From Lytechinus pictus (lineage: Eukaryota): a DNA stretch of 64,000 nt. The notes under the pieces are model-generated. The model did not search any database and was not told the origin of the DNA. It was given only the letters and a program-made list of their open reading frames with translations. Position numbers and translations under genes: made by a program. The stretch is from the NCBI RefSeq assembly GCF_037042905.1, contig NC_087251.1:14944001-15008000 (forward strand). Reading direction: 5' to 3'. The number at the start of each line of letters is the position of its first letter. Positions within the stretch are counted from its first letter, which is position 1. Positions 14,501 through 28,100 of this stretch are shown here, in pieces.

Positions 14501-17500
14501 ACATCTTGTGCGAGTTATAGTAGTTTTCAAAATCAGCACTGCTGCTATATTGAATCGCGTGATGCAGGTGAGACGGCCAGAGGCATTCCACTTGTTATGT
14601 TTTTTAACATGATTTTGGAAAAAAATTGGGGGAGGGGGCTGAGGCCCCCTCAGCCCCCCTCCCCTCCCTCCGCTGTTCCACGGCCCCTGCACACACATAC
14701 ACCTTTAAAAAAAAAAAAAAATTTGTAACATAGTTAATAGAAACTCAAAGTAAAGAGTACATGTATATGATCATGCTTTCTTTGTCATGAAATATTTCAT
14801 GCAATCTACTTTAGGGAAAACAAACCAAGCAAATGCCTGTATTGTTAATTGTAACTTTCCATTAAATTTGAGGAAATTGTCATTTAATGTCATTATGGAA
14901 TTGAAATAATACTAATTAAAATAATTCCTTCAGCCGCTGAACTGACCAAGCACCTTCTGAAGATAGAACCACCTGTCAGTACCCTCGGGCCGATTGACCC
15001 TAGCCTCAAAGACAAGGATCCAGCCTTCCAGGCCATGAAGATCATCACAGACCTAGGGGACAGGGCACTGGTCAATGTGGTCCAGTGGGCCAAACAAGTA
15101 CCAGGTGGGTGCTTCAGTATAAAGATACCTGGGCAGTTAACTAAGGAAAACAAATCAAATCACAATGAGAGGAAAACTTATTAAAATTTTGTGACGCAAT
15201 TGTAAATAGATTTCCTCTACCAGCATTTTTAGTACTTTTTTTTTTTGGTAGAAAATTTGACAATGAAACTTCTATTTTAGCCCATACAAGTGGCCCAAAC
15301 AAGATTTCTGACAAAATATTCTCTACAGGTCAGAGGTCATATTGGCCATAGCTGAGCTGAGTGATTGTTGCTTTCAATATCAGACAATAGACTAGAATTT
15401 GCTAATTTATTATAGGTGTTCCAAAACTGTTGAATGGCAAAAGCTATCATGCTCCATACTAATTGTTAGTTGAAAGTGTATCAGCCTTAGTTGAAAAGAA
15501 ATGAGTTTGCCCTGACTTATATGTATACGTTACCGTTGAAAGAAATTCTTCAGTGACGTATTCATTGTTGTGTTTGCCACAGGTTTCACAGAACTCTCCC
15601 TAGGGGACAGAAGGATTCTTCTTCAAGATGGTTGGATGGAGATCCTTCTGTGGCAGGTCATCTTCAGATCAATACCTCTCACAGACCCTGACAGAATAGC
15701 TTTCACAAAGGTTTGCTCAATTCATTCTCATACTAGTATATTATCTTCTCGGTTCAAGGACAAATCCCTTTGGAAGTGGGGGAGTCATCATTTGGGAAAG
15801 ATTCCTCAAGGAAGGGTTGTCCTCAGAGGAGCTGTGCCCTGTCAGAGCTGCCATGTTGGAATTGCAGTGGGGGATTTGTCCTTCAGAAAGAGTTATATTA
15901 TGTTCCCGACTCTCAAGAAAGCAAAGAGAAGAGGAAAGTAGAGTATGTATCACTTAAAGAGAAATTCCAGTAGCTGCAGTAAACACTGATTTCATGAGAA
16001 AGTCTGTAAAACCAGGCTTAATTGTCAGTATATCATCGAGGATCTAGATCTGGTACAGTTACATAAACTGAACTTTGTGAAATCTTGAAATCTACGCTGA
16101 AAAATGTTTAGACTGAACTTCCCCAACACAGATAAGCGCATGTGGGACTGTGTATAATTATTGCTTTGAGCGTCGGGCCCGACGCTCTACCCGAATCCTG
16201 TGCTTATTTGCTGATTTCTCAGCAATTACACAATTTCTTCCAGAATCCTTTGGCACATGCGTTTTATCTATACAAACAGACACTTTGGTGGTCATTTCAT
16301 TGGATTCTGTACGAACTCATTTTGATATCGTTACCAAAACTAGCATTTACCTTTAAATGGAGCTACGAGTGCTCACTTGATCGAGCAGTTTCAAAACTAA
16401 ATTGATGAAGTAAGAGAACAAGTCTTAATACAAAATCCTTTGGAACATATGGCTGTCATTTCTATGGCTACTTGATTATAATTTTGTTTAATTTTGTCCA
16501 TCAGTTTTCTGAGTTAGAAACCTGAGGATTAAAAGAGAATAACCACTCAGCAGGATTCCTGATTAAAGCCATAATGAAAAATGGCTCAGACTTTTATAAA
16601 TGGACCTAGGTACCTTGAAAAAGTTGTCTGTTGTCTTTTTCCCATGCAGGATTTCACAGCTACTTTCTTGCTTTTAGTCTATGCAAAGCGTTTAATGATA
16701 AAAAAGGTTAAGACGTTAAGTAGTGAAAATATGCCCAGACTTTTGTCATGATACAAAGTCAAGTATTTTAGAATCCAATGTCAGTTAAAGTCTGAACCAT
16801 CATGTCAAACATTGTGTCTACTGTAACTTTTGTTGTCACCTAGGGTCTGAGTATGGATGAGGAGCAGGCAGCAAGAAGTGGTCTTGGTTCATTAGTGGCA
16901 AAGGCATTACATCTCACGAGAAAACTCAGGGACATTGGCATTGACAAGGAAGAATATGCATTGCTAAAATGTATCATACTTTGTAATGTTGGTAAGTGAA
17001 ATTAACTGATCTGTATTGTTCGAGTGTAGGAAGAGCTTGAGAGACAATTTGGTACCACTTTCTGTGATACAACATTAAGAGAATACCATACATGGGAGAT
17101 AGCTTTTGTCAATATAGAGTAACTTTGGTCATCTCTTTATTTTTGCTTCTAAGTTCTCTTTGGAGGTGGTTGTTTACTTGAAGAAAAAAAAGATTACATA
17201 ACAGCTTTACATTGTTAGACAGTCTCATAAAATTACTGAAACAGTTGTAACACTTGATGGTTTTACCCATCTTGCCTGTTGAACCACTAATAACACCACA
17301 CATTCCATCTTCTGGTCATTATTGTTTCTCATAGGAGCAAAGTTATTCAATTCAATTATTAAAGATACCTGTCCATAACATTACTTGGTTTGTTAAACAA
17401 AGAGTTCAGAGAGACTTGAATCATACTTGTACACCATCTTGCATTTGGCATGCAATGTGTAATCCATTGATGACAATTCAAAAGCGTGAGTTCCCCAAGC

Positions 17501-17933
17501 ATGATCCAACCAGTGTGATGATATGCTGCACAATTCTGTGAATTCAAGTGTGACTTTAATTCACACTTGATTTTTTGTGAATCAACTCTCAGATATCGAT
17601 AAGTTTTCTTTCAGAGTGATTAACACAATTACTGTATATCCAGATGGAGCCCTTTTTCTTAATCACTTATAATTGTTGTTTGCAGAGTTATCAAGAGTGG
17701 AGGAGAACACCCATCTGGGGGAACTTCAGAACAATCTGTATGATGCCTTGCATCATCACATCATGAAGGACTACCCTGGAGACAGCCGCAGGGTCTGTCA
17801 TCTCCTCTCCACCCTCCCGACGCTTCGCCAGCTCTCCTCCGAATCGGTGGACCATGTCTCACGTAATTCAGCGGAGAAGAGCATCCCCATTCAGCAGCTT
17901 TTCAGAGAGATGCTGGAATCAAAGTGTGATTAA
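2526..17933 (+). CDS. ERR: Estrogen-related receptor (NR3B), whole gene model, 417 aa
   Basis: join(2526..2597,3148..3409,10916..11032,12510..12617,14934..15104,15583..15710,16844..16991,17686..17933)=1254 nt. All introns GT-AG and phase-consistent. P-box CEACKA, C-terminal extension [32 protein letters not shown]-2 LFREMLES. Confidence 0.93.
3148..3409 (+). CDS. ERR: ERR exon 2, A/B region plus first zinc finger
   Basis: [32 protein letters not shown], cag/gt boundaries. Confidence 0.95.
4041..5832. mobile_element. hAT-like non-autonomous element hosting nested insertions
   Basis: Ends taggcctgagtca / tgactcggccctg. 8-bp TSD tattcagt / tattcaat. Long internal inverted arms at about 5040-5170 and 5553-5685. 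Confidence 0.6.
4146..4980. mobile_element. TTAA-flanked MITE (Kolobok-like) with long TIRs
   Basis: ttaa-gggatggtccaggctg ... cagcccggaccatcctt-ttaa, about 100-bp imperfect TIRs. Confidence 0.75.
6046..6852. mobile_element. hAT-like MITE
   Basis: Perfect TIR tagggacagtgattttccg / cggaaaatcactgtcccta, flanking repeat ggtgttt. Confidence 0.8.
8248..8858. mobile_element. TTAA-flanked MITE (Kolobok-like)
   Basis: ttaa-aggtcaagtccacc ... ggtggacttgtcct-ttaa, TIRs over 100 bp. Confidence 0.85.
10916..11032 (+). CDS. ERR: ERR exon 3, second zinc finger
   Basis: [40 protein letters not shown], 117 nt, cag/gtgagt. Confidence 0.95.
12510..12617 (+). CDS. ERR: ERR exon 4, T/A box and hinge
   Basis: [20 protein letters not shown]..., tag/gtaagg. 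Confidence 0.93.
13565..14689. mobile_element. Short GC-rich TIR MITE interrupted by the 13652-14596 element
   Basis: Ends ggggcagcggaac / gttccacggcccctg, G-run and C-run subtermini. Confidence 0.5.
13652..14596. mobile_element. DINE-1/HINE-like (Helentron-associated) non-autonomous element with internal tandem repeats
   Basis: T-run, hairpin gtctcac..gtgagac, (GGC)n, about 5 tandem units of 160-190 bp, subterminal IR tgcaggtgagac, end cttgtt. Confidence 0.75.
14934..15104 (+). CDS. ERR: ERR exon 5, LBD helices 1-3
   Basis: HLLKIEP...[19 protein letters not shown], cag/gtgggt. Confidence 0.92.
15583..15710 (+). CDS. ERR: ERR exon 6, LBD helices 4-5
   Basis: [31 protein letters not shown], cag/gtttgc. 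Confidence 0.92.
15954..16356. mobile_element. TTAA-flanked MITE
   Basis: ttaa-agagaaattccagt ... actagcatttacct-ttaa, imperfect short TIR. Confidence 0.6.
16844..16991 (+). CDS. ERR: ERR exon 7, LBD helices 6-8
   Basis: [14 protein letters not shown]...[17 protein letters not shown], tag/gtaagt. Confidence 0.92.
17686..17933 (+). CDS. ERR: ERR terminal coding exon, helices 9-12
   Basis: LQNNLYDAL...[15 protein letters not shown]...[11 protein letters not shown]. Confidence 0.93.
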
Positions 17934-20900
17934 AAGACTAAGGGGATTTGAATTGCTTCAAAAGCCAAGCTCAAAAAGTATGATCCAAAGAATCGTACAG
18001 CTCAAACTCTGTAGAGCTGTAGCAGTGGACTTGCCACATAGTGAAACTAATATGTCTAGGACATCATTTTGTGATTCAAACATTATTGAGCAAGTGCAGT
18101 GGTAACACACTTTAGGATAAGTTACTGATGGGCGAACGGACTCTTGATTGCGATTTTTATACATGATAACAGCATGAAATTGCTTTTGCAGCAAATCAAA
18201 CAATGTGCAAAGTCGGTTCAAGTTCGGCGTAGATATCGCTTCAAGAACAAGAGTGTGATTTTTATAAAGCAGTGGCAATATGATTGCTTATCAAGATGGT
18301 AGTCCACCATGAAACTACAGAGTCCTATAAATGATGACACTTTGGTGGTGGACAGAAGAAACGCAAGGTTGTTTATCAGCAGAGCAGAAACTGTGGCAGG
18401 AGTCTTGTTGAGTGATGTCCATAAGAGGCTATCTGAAAGAAAGCTACAGAGGAAGTCATTTGTGCATAGACAGTCATTGAAAGATTACTACAACTATATG
18501 GCATGGTTATGAGTGGGATCAGTTTAAATGACAGCCTAATTCAGGTTCTTGCCAAATTTAGGACCTGGCCTACCATTTTTGGCTTCCCTCCAGACCACTG
18601 CAATGTAAGTGTATAGGAGATGCCAAGTTCTGTTCCCTTTGCAAGTCTGAGAGAATAGATATATTTTCTTTTGCGTGTTGGTGACAAAGAATTACCATTA
18701 TTATTATTCGTAGTATTATTAGTGTTATTTTTATTCTTAAAAATGACAATGTATATTCAGAATTATAGTTATCAGTGCAAATGCAGTATGTGAATGTGTG
18801 TGATGGTTGAGGGGGAACTAATGACTGTTTCTGAAGGGAATGGTTTTCAGAATAAGGAAACTCGACTGGGCAACAAGAGTTCTAGTTTAAGAATGTCATA
18901 TTTTCAACATTTACTTGTACACATAGCTGATTATTGAACATGGGTAGAAATATAAGTCAAATTATACTATAACACTAGGATATGTTACTGCCATAGTAGG
19001 TTTTTTTTCCAGGTTCAGTAGTGGGGGAGGGGGTGAATTAAAGCAATAGGGTGTCCCGAGTAGACATTTTCCTTTTTTGAGCATTATTGCTCCCTGTTTG
19101 TGTGAAATAAAAGATATTTTAATTTCTTGTCTAAAATATAATTTTATTAATCAAAACATGAGTTTATATATTTGTATATTTGAAAATGTTGCTATGAATA
19201 TAGTAAAATGTTATATGCACAGAATAATAAGGGATTTTGTTTTGTATTAAAAGAAATAAACATAATAAACACAGACAGTACTATAGCCGTGAGAGATGCA
19301 CTTCATGAGATTCAAAATTAGTATGTAGTTCAGATTACCTGAAATTAATTAGCTGGTTATATTTTAGATCATAAGAAGAAAGGGTCCATTATCAAAATTA
19401 GGATGTATTCTCTTTTTGCTCCTTGTCTGGAATTAATATCTGACACATTGATATGTATCTTGCCAATTCAGAACCAGGTTAAAAATATTAAAATATGGAG
19501 TGAAGTAATTCATATTTTGTTTAATGAAATAAAACTTTTGTTCATTTTATCAGGTAAAGCTAGTTTCCAGACTATATTAATAGTGTTATTTCTAGAAGTA
19601 AGATGATATCAGATAGCAGAAATAAAGACATTACATGTAGTTTTTAGTGTAAAAACATTTTTTTTCTTTGGCTGTTGATTGTTTTGTAGCATTGTTAATC
19701 AATGGACACCACACACTAGAGAAAAATAGATAAATAAATTGAAGTGTACTGTAGGTACTAAACAAACAAAAAATAGAAAATACTTGTCAATTTCTGGAAG
19801 TGCCGACATTCAAGGAGTATGTAGCTAATTTAGCAACAGGCAGGTTGTACAAAATAATGACAAATGAACCAAATGTGTATAAGAAAAGGGAGAAGTAAAA
19901 TAATATTGTATCATATAACAGTAACAAAGCCTGTGATTGGTAATGGACAGTGTCTGCCAAACTTCTGTTCAGCATAATTCTGTTGATTTTTGTTTAATTG
20001 TTATAACACACACACATAGTTTGGTGTGATTAAATTGCTTAAAACCTTGTATGACCTTTGAATCATATTGACATATGTTGAATGATTCCAACCAAATCAG
20101 GAAATCAACTTGCTCACATCATATACACATCATATTAATAATATGTCATTGCCTTTATCAAGGCTTGATAAACTAATTTTCAAACCTTCCAATAATGACA
20201 TATAATAAAGTGTCTGCATTTGAAATTTTTGAATTTGATGGGTTTGTAAATAATGAAGATTTCTATTTTTAAACATGTGCATGTATCTCAGTTTAAGCTA
20301 TGTATTTATGTACATACCTGTCCAATGCCTGTGAAGTATTGTTACATCCTTATGAATGAGGAATATTAATTATCAAATTTTGATAGATTACTGTCAAAAG
20401 GGATTTTTTTTTTGTTCCCAAAACTTTAAAAGCAATTTTATATTCAGCTTTCATTGGGAGTTTGATACTGATCTGGTGCTTATCCAGTAACAGGTGTAGT
20501 CCATGACCCAGGGTAGAACAGTGTCATTCAAAACAAATGCTATAACACTGTATATAACATTTACATTACATTACTGTAATACACTGTACAGTGTATGTAC
20601 CTGCATATTGCCTCATATGGGAAAGATATTTCCCATCCTCTATGGCTGAGGTTAAGAACATATATCGCCTGGACAGCAAGTTAGCTGACTTCACAGACGT
20701 AAAGTTATTATCATTATTTCCAGTTCTTTTCTCTATTTTGTGATTAGCAAATTATAATCTGCTCTCTATGACATCTGAAGAATTTAAAGAGCTACTTGGC
20801 TCTACTGTTATCACTTTTACAGATCTTTTTTTGACAATTCTTGGGTCAGCAAATTAGAAACTTTTGCCCATGATAACTGAAGATAACTTGCCTTTAATAA

Positions 20901-23104
20901 AGCAATATGTCCTGCTATATAGGTAATGGTATTACCCCCCCCCCCCCCTTCACCCTCCGCCCTCCCCACTTTTTGAAAAAATCTTATATCCAAATGGAAT
21001 GGACAGGGTTATATATTTTGTATATGTTGATTTGAAAATCTAATTTTCAATATTTTTTTTAATGTAATGTTAAAAACAATATAATGTAATGTCGGGAGCC
21101 AGCTCAGTGAGTTTGAGAGACTTCCCCTGAGCCAAGCTGGTCTGGGATGATTGCTAAAACAGCAAAGATCAGAAACTGTTTTGTCTCAGAAAAATGCCAA
21201 ATAATAAACAATAAGATTGTAAGAACCATTTACCTCCAAGCCTGAACTGAGCTCAGATTTGTTACCAAATATCTAATTTAACTAATCCTTAACCTGGATT
21301 TCAGCCACATCAAACAAACGTAGTCTTAGTGGAATCATATATAAATTGACTAATCAGATTGACTATCAAATAATGATCATTTGCCTTTCAGAATCGCTTA
21401 CTGGCACTTCCTATATTAGAGCAGTTATAAGGAGACAATTTGTCTATCTGTATTCCCTTCTTGAGCCTAATGAAGAAAATGTATGTTCATACTTTTCATT
21501 GGCGTGCTATTAATCTAATTTTCACAAATCATGATGTTGGGTAGTTTGAAGTTCATTATTGGTCACCAACCTACATTTTCAGTATGCAAGAAGTGCACAT
21601 TACATAATTATATTCATGTGTATATCTTGAATGTACAGAGGTGCCAGGTCTAAAATAATGATTTAAACAAATTATTGCCATAATTTCATATTGGTTACCC
21701 TCTCAGCAATGAGTTACTGAAAATATCCTAAGAAAGGTGAATTTAAAATTGTGTAGTTCTGTATAATATGAAATTAACCAAATGAAAATAAGGCATACTC
21801 TAGGTCTATATGAAATCATGTTTGTGTAAAAGGAGGGGGTAACATGTATCAACAGATAGAGTGCACATATACAAATTACATGTAGATGCGATATATACTG
21901 TTGTTCATTTCAGTCAAACTTCTGTTATCACATTTGTCTCGTTTATGTTTTTATTATAACATTCTGAACTACTGTTGGCTAACTTAAGAAAAACTTAATT
22001 GATGGCAAGTTGGTTTTGACATTATTTTTGTCAAATAAAAAAATGTTGAAAATGAGACAAGAAAAAGGGAAATATTTTGACTTACTACATGAAATATAAA
22101 TTCTATTTTTTATTATTATCAGAGAGATGTGTTTTCAATTATGCTTTCTGTATAAGCATGTACTGAAAATCATTTCATTTTAATGGATGTATATGTATAG
22201 AAATTTTCTGATATTTCTCAATTTATAATGGGTATTGTACATAGATATCTGTTTACTATTTTTTCAATTTGCTTGAAATGTATCATTTATTATTTTCTGA
22301 TTATGCTGTTGAGCATGAAAAATCAGATATTGTGATAATAATGGCTCATTATGGGGATAATGTTCTTATTTCCAGTAAAATGTCAATTTAAGGGTTTGAA
22401 GAAGGAAAAAGGAAATAATTCTTTCTTCATTCACTTCTTGTAAATTTCATTATGATGTGATGAATTTCTGTATGTAAATTGATGTTCAACTTCGAAATTG
22501 TATATTAAATAATTTTTCATGCAAATTTATAATGTTCTTGCAATGATGTCAGTTTGTCTGAGATATTTTTAAAGAGTTGTATTTTATATTGATTCCTTCA
22601 GAAATTAAACTTGATCATTTTTCTTTCCATTTCTTTAATTCTCTCCTCCACCTTTCACTCCCTTCATGTACTTTACGTCTCTTTTTCCCCCTCTTATTCT
22701 TCCATCTCGCTATCTGGCCTCCTATTCATTTTACTCTTTTCTACATGCCCGTTATCGGAATACATTTCTATCATTTTTTCCCTTCTTATTTACCTCTGGT
22801 TATTTCTTATCCCCATTCATTTTCATTCTCTCCTCCCTGTTCATATTTTATTCCTTCTTACTTTCATTCTCTTCTTTTCTTTTTATGTAATATTCTTCCT
22901 TGATTCCTGGAAATTGGACCAAGTATCCCATCAACAATTCAGATGTTCAGGTTTTTTAAGCCATCCATTTCAGTATTAGCAGCTGATGTCCAAATATCAG
23001 CAGTTAAACATAATTTTTTTATTCTTCTTTGTCCTTTCTCCCCACATCTGTTTCCTTAAATTTAATCCACAATCCATTTTCAAAGCGAAATGGAATGTAA
23101 AGTG

Positions 23105-23585
23105 AATTATATGACACCTAGATAGATCCTTGTCATTTGATTGGTTGTTTGATATTGATAATTCTTAATTCTTTAATTCTTAATTTTTTATCCATTCATC
23201 ATGAAATTTTGGATCCATACAATTTTGTCCATAAAACGCACGCACGTAGACCACAGGCACCACAAGTAAAAACATTTGTGTTTGCAGCACGCATGCTGTA
23301 CATGTATGTACGCGACAGTCAACAGACTGAGCTCACACTGCATGAACATATTATGTTGCATCAAAATTCATAAATTTCAAATGAAAAAGTATCTATTTTT
23401 AGGTGTCATATAAGCCAAATAATGAATGTTCTTTTCATTTGTACAATGGACAGAAAACTTCATTTGGTGAAAGATGAAATGAATGATCCATTCAACTCGG
23501 CTACGCCTCTTTGAATGGATATTTCATCTTTCACCTCGTTAGTATTCTGTCCATTGCACTCATAAACATTCATTATTTGTATAAT
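23105..23585 (-). mobile_element. Hairpin-ended non-autonomous element, copy A
   Basis: Reverse-complement match to 36579-37040, about 180-bp palindrome at 23401-23583. Confidence 0.75.
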
Positions 23586-24753
23586 ATAACAAACAAAACT
23601 TATAATGAATATGCAGAAACTTTCATACTCTAATAAAATCTATTAAGCTTTAATTTTGATGGATAAATCAAGTTATCTTTTAAACATTTTGAATTACAGT
23701 CACACACACACTGTGATAGTTATTAGACATTCCATTCAGAAAATGAATAATCACAAAATAACTTAAAATCTCATAGTTGATGTTTACTACATCTGTTGAA
23801 CATGTGAAGCTGGCCAATTTAAAACATTACATGTACACTAAATACACAAATCAGAACACACTGAACATACAAAATGGATGTTTACCTTGATGTTACATAC
23901 TGTATACAAATAAATACAGAGAATAATCTGACTTCATATCCAAACTCATGTAAACAAGAGCAACTCCTTGTATATATTGTTAGCATCGATACAAAGCCTT
24001 ACCCCAAAATTAACAGTTGCCGGTCACAATACTATGCAACTGTCTCGGGTAGCTCATACAAAATGAATTCGAGTTGAAGCGTGTGGCAAGCAATTTTTGC
24101 TGCTGCAAGTGCTGTGCAAGCAATCAGCGCAACAATATATGCACTCATAGAAAATACAAGCTCTGAGTAAGCTGTGCATAAAACCATGAAAATGCGCTAA
24201 TAAACTATGTAACTTTACTAAATGCTTGTGAACGATGAATAAAGGATTTTTTTCATTAAGCGTGAACTCCGTGAGCAGGTCTATGCACCTAAGAACTGAG
24301 CACATTAATTTCATTGCGCTTCATTGAGTATGCCTGACCACGTCTTCCTTTAAGAAATAAACAGGAATAAGGAAGCAATCTACGCTAAGGTGCGACTGTA
24401 GCATTAATGTTTACAAAGATTGCACAGTGACTACTACCAGAATTGAGTCAAGATTTGATACCATCTTATCGTACTAATCCAATCGGTAAACATTTCCTAT
24501 GTTAGTTCATTGATGAACTGACATTATAAAGACCATAGTTTGACTGATAAAAAAACAATCTCTGACTAATGTTAATCATTTAATCCTTATTAAGTGATTG
24601 ATCACTTTCAAAATATGATCTTTACTATACAAAAATTATATATAATTATCATCATTAAGGGTGCATGATTGGAATGGAAATACCTGGACAATGAAACGAG
24701 GTGTGAACAACATTTATTTGAAGTTACATAACACCAAGCTCCCATGTTGATTT

Positions 24754-25168
24754 GGTTACACTTCGTAATTCCGAAGGTTCTTTATTCCGAAGGTTCGTAA
24801 TTCCGGAACACGTAAATTGCCTATACCTCGATGTTCGTTAATCCGAAAACGTAAAAGGGTTCTTTAATCCGAACATTTGTGGCGTTATTCTGAAGGATCG
24901 TTATTCCGAAGGTTCGATAATCCGAAAACGAAATAAAGTTCGTTGTTCCGAAGGTTCTGTAATCCGAAACAAAATAAGGTTCGTTGTTCCGAAGGTTCAT
25001 TAGTCCGAAAACGAAATAAGGTTCGTTAATCATTTCGTTTTCGGACTAACAAACCTTCGGAATTTCGAACCTCATTTCGTTTTCGGACTAACGAACCTTC
25101 AGAATAACGAACCTTCGGAATATCTGAACCTTCGGAATAACGAAGCTTCGGAATTACGAATGTATGCG
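24754..25168. mobile_element. Foldback-type element built from ttccgaaggttcg short repeats
   Basis: TIR ttcgtaattccgaag / cttcggaattacgaa, 8-bp TSD gttgattt at 24746-24753 and 25169-25176. Confidence 0.8.
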
Positions 25169-28100
25169 GTTGATTTAACAGATATTTATACCAGCACAAT
25201 AATACCTCTTGCTTCTTTATATCATTAAAGAATATTTTCAATTATATTCAAATTGTAAAAAAAAGAAGAGTTTTCAATAGTGATGCACACATGTTTATAT
25301 GGATTTCCAAGCTTTGCTATCAACCTTGTATGGCTTGTTTTGAAGAAAAAAAAGGATAAAATCCTCATTAAGTACCTATTTGCGATCACACAGACTGACA
25401 GTTCCATTCCATGATACATCCTATATCATGCCTGGGATTTCAAATACAATGATATTTACAATGTAGATTGCTCCATTTTGGTACCAAAGCACGTACAACA
25501 TAGTGCCAAATATGAAATTATTACTGCTTGTCTGCTTTTCTATAAAATTCAAATCCTACATTATAGAAAAATAACAACACACTGACCTATGCAAGGAGCT
25601 TGAACATTCAGAGGCAATTACACTTTTTTATTGAAGAGATTTTGTGAATACAATAAGCCTGGAGATATTTGTTATTCCTGTATCTTTGCTTGAGAATTTG
25701 TACTGTAATGGTTTAAATGTGAAGTGCTACATGAAGATTTAAGTGTGACAAAAATCCTTTTTCAATTCCTAGTTGCATGTAGTATATAATGGCCAAGGGC
25801 TGTACATGTATGTGACCAAGTCAATGAGATTATCTGTTAATGCATATATCTCCACTTGAGAAAAAATGGATGTCAAACTTAGTTTTTTGTGAAACACCCA
25901 GCCCCCCCCCCCCTCTCCCCCCTTGACAAACTGGTCATAGTTGAAATGGTCACTAAACACAGGAAAAACAATGTTAAAGGTGTATGTTTATGAGAACATT
26001 ATTATAAATTATAAAAACGACAATAAGTCAAGGTTGGTATGACCGTGGGACAAACCAACAATAATACTGCAAGTCGAATGATTCAGAAAGGTAGTAGAAT
26101 GAAACTTGCAATCAATTACAATCAATATTAAATCAATGAGTATATCCCAAGTATTACCATGAATTGCAAATTTGCAATATATTACAGGTCTGCTACTTAC
26201 AGTAGAGGGTATAATTTGATTTGCTATAGTAAATAGTGAACGACCATTCTAAACTTGCTGTCAATATTTGTGATCAATATCAAATCATTTTGTTGCAGTG
26301 GAAATCTGATAAACTGTGACAGATTGTGACTACTTCTTGATCTGCCTAATTGATAGGCTTAAGGGTATTTTTGCAAGAAGCCTGAGTGCAACCTTAAAGG
26401 TGAACAGATAACACTAACGCATTCACAGAGGTAAAAAGCCTTGGACGATGACATACATGAACAAAATATGATTTTTATAAATCATCCACAAGTACTATTG
26501 CCAACTGAAATACTTCTGTCAACTTGAATATATAAAGGCCATGTCACATAGTGCTGTATATTAAAAGACAACATCTGCCCCATAAACAGTGTTTCATCAG
26601 ACTGTGTCAAGACTCCCGAAAATATGCTTTGAACGAGTCCATATTTTTTTTACAGTAAACACCATGTATGTAGTCCTGAAAAGGACTGTTTATTCTTTCT
26701 TGATTGTATGTTAGCTCTGAAAAGAACTGTCCACATTTTAAAACTGCTTGTGTCATCCGTATATATCTAGATACCTCTATACCCAAGACAAACAAATGAA
26801 AAGTTAAATAATCTTGTTTCTTGGAGAGTATTATTTGATGGCAATATGTGACATGGCCTATCTATGTATAGTATTATCAGCTGCATTTGTTAAAACATAC
26901 AAAGCACATAGTATACATACAATAATAGACAAAACAGTACCACAAATAATCAGTCCTTAATGACACCATAGGTAAGGCCGAGCTTTAGCTATATGTATAA
27001 ACCATATTTCTTTTGTTGATTGGAAAGCTTCAACACTACTGCAATGAAAAGGATTAACACATGACAGCCACTAGTTGGTGGTGGTTGGCATGAAGTAATG
27101 AATGTCTTATCAAATGATTTGTTTTTAGTTTGCCCCCCTTTTTTGGGGTTAGTGTCTTAATGCACCTACATGTATACATTTTTTTAGATACCATTTACTG
27201 CAGTGAGCAATATGATATGATATGACAGGCCATGCTATAAAATTAATGTACATGATTTTTAGCTCATTTCACCAAAGAACAATCATCCATGTTCAGAGAC
27301 ATCTTTATTACTATATTTGTTCATTTAATATGTATTGTTCCATTGAATAGGCAACTACGTAATTGGCACCTTGTAAATGTTATATTATTATTATTATGTT
27401 TATTGAAATAATAATAATAATAATGGAAAGCAATTGATAAAATCCTCAAACTGGCAATGTGAAAGCTCCAAATCACTGTCTCTCAATGGAAATCAGAATA
27501 ACTCCAACCTCAAAACATATTCTCAATTACAAATACAGCAAAAGTGAATACTTCTGTTGTTAATTTGAGGAATTACAGCTGATCAAATATGCTTCAATTA
27601 CATCGTCTCTGTTTGCACAAAGAAAATGCTGCGAGCCAAGGAGTGGTTCAGTTTAGTTACTGACAGGACATCCTATTAATTCATCTTATTCTGTCATCAT
27701 CATTATATTTAAACCTCTAGTTGTAGATAATGTATGTTTGGTATATAACAATCAAATCATGTTGAATCAAATATCCCTAATGATTAGAAAACTACTTCAA
27801 CTGTCCATTTCATTTGGCAGATAATGCATTGATTTTTTGACTTGCATGTATTCATTTCATTTACTATGTACATGTATTTATGAGGCAATTCAAGTATTCC
27901 AGAACTTTAGGCAGATGATTTTTCTGTCAAAAGAAATGTTTTCCTTTTCTTTAAATGAATGAATGATGATAATAATGAGCATATATGGTACCATATATCT
28001 AGAAACCTTCTTTTCTGAGGCGCACCATTATTATGAATGAGCATTGTTTCAGCATTGGGGACCTGTTACCTGCATTTCGGTACTTAAACTATATAGGCCT

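Noticed and set aside
3148..17933. Calling the receptor an estrogen receptor (ER/NR3A)
   Set aside because: The P-box is CEACKA, not CEGCKA, and the RVRGGRQKY extension is ERR-type.
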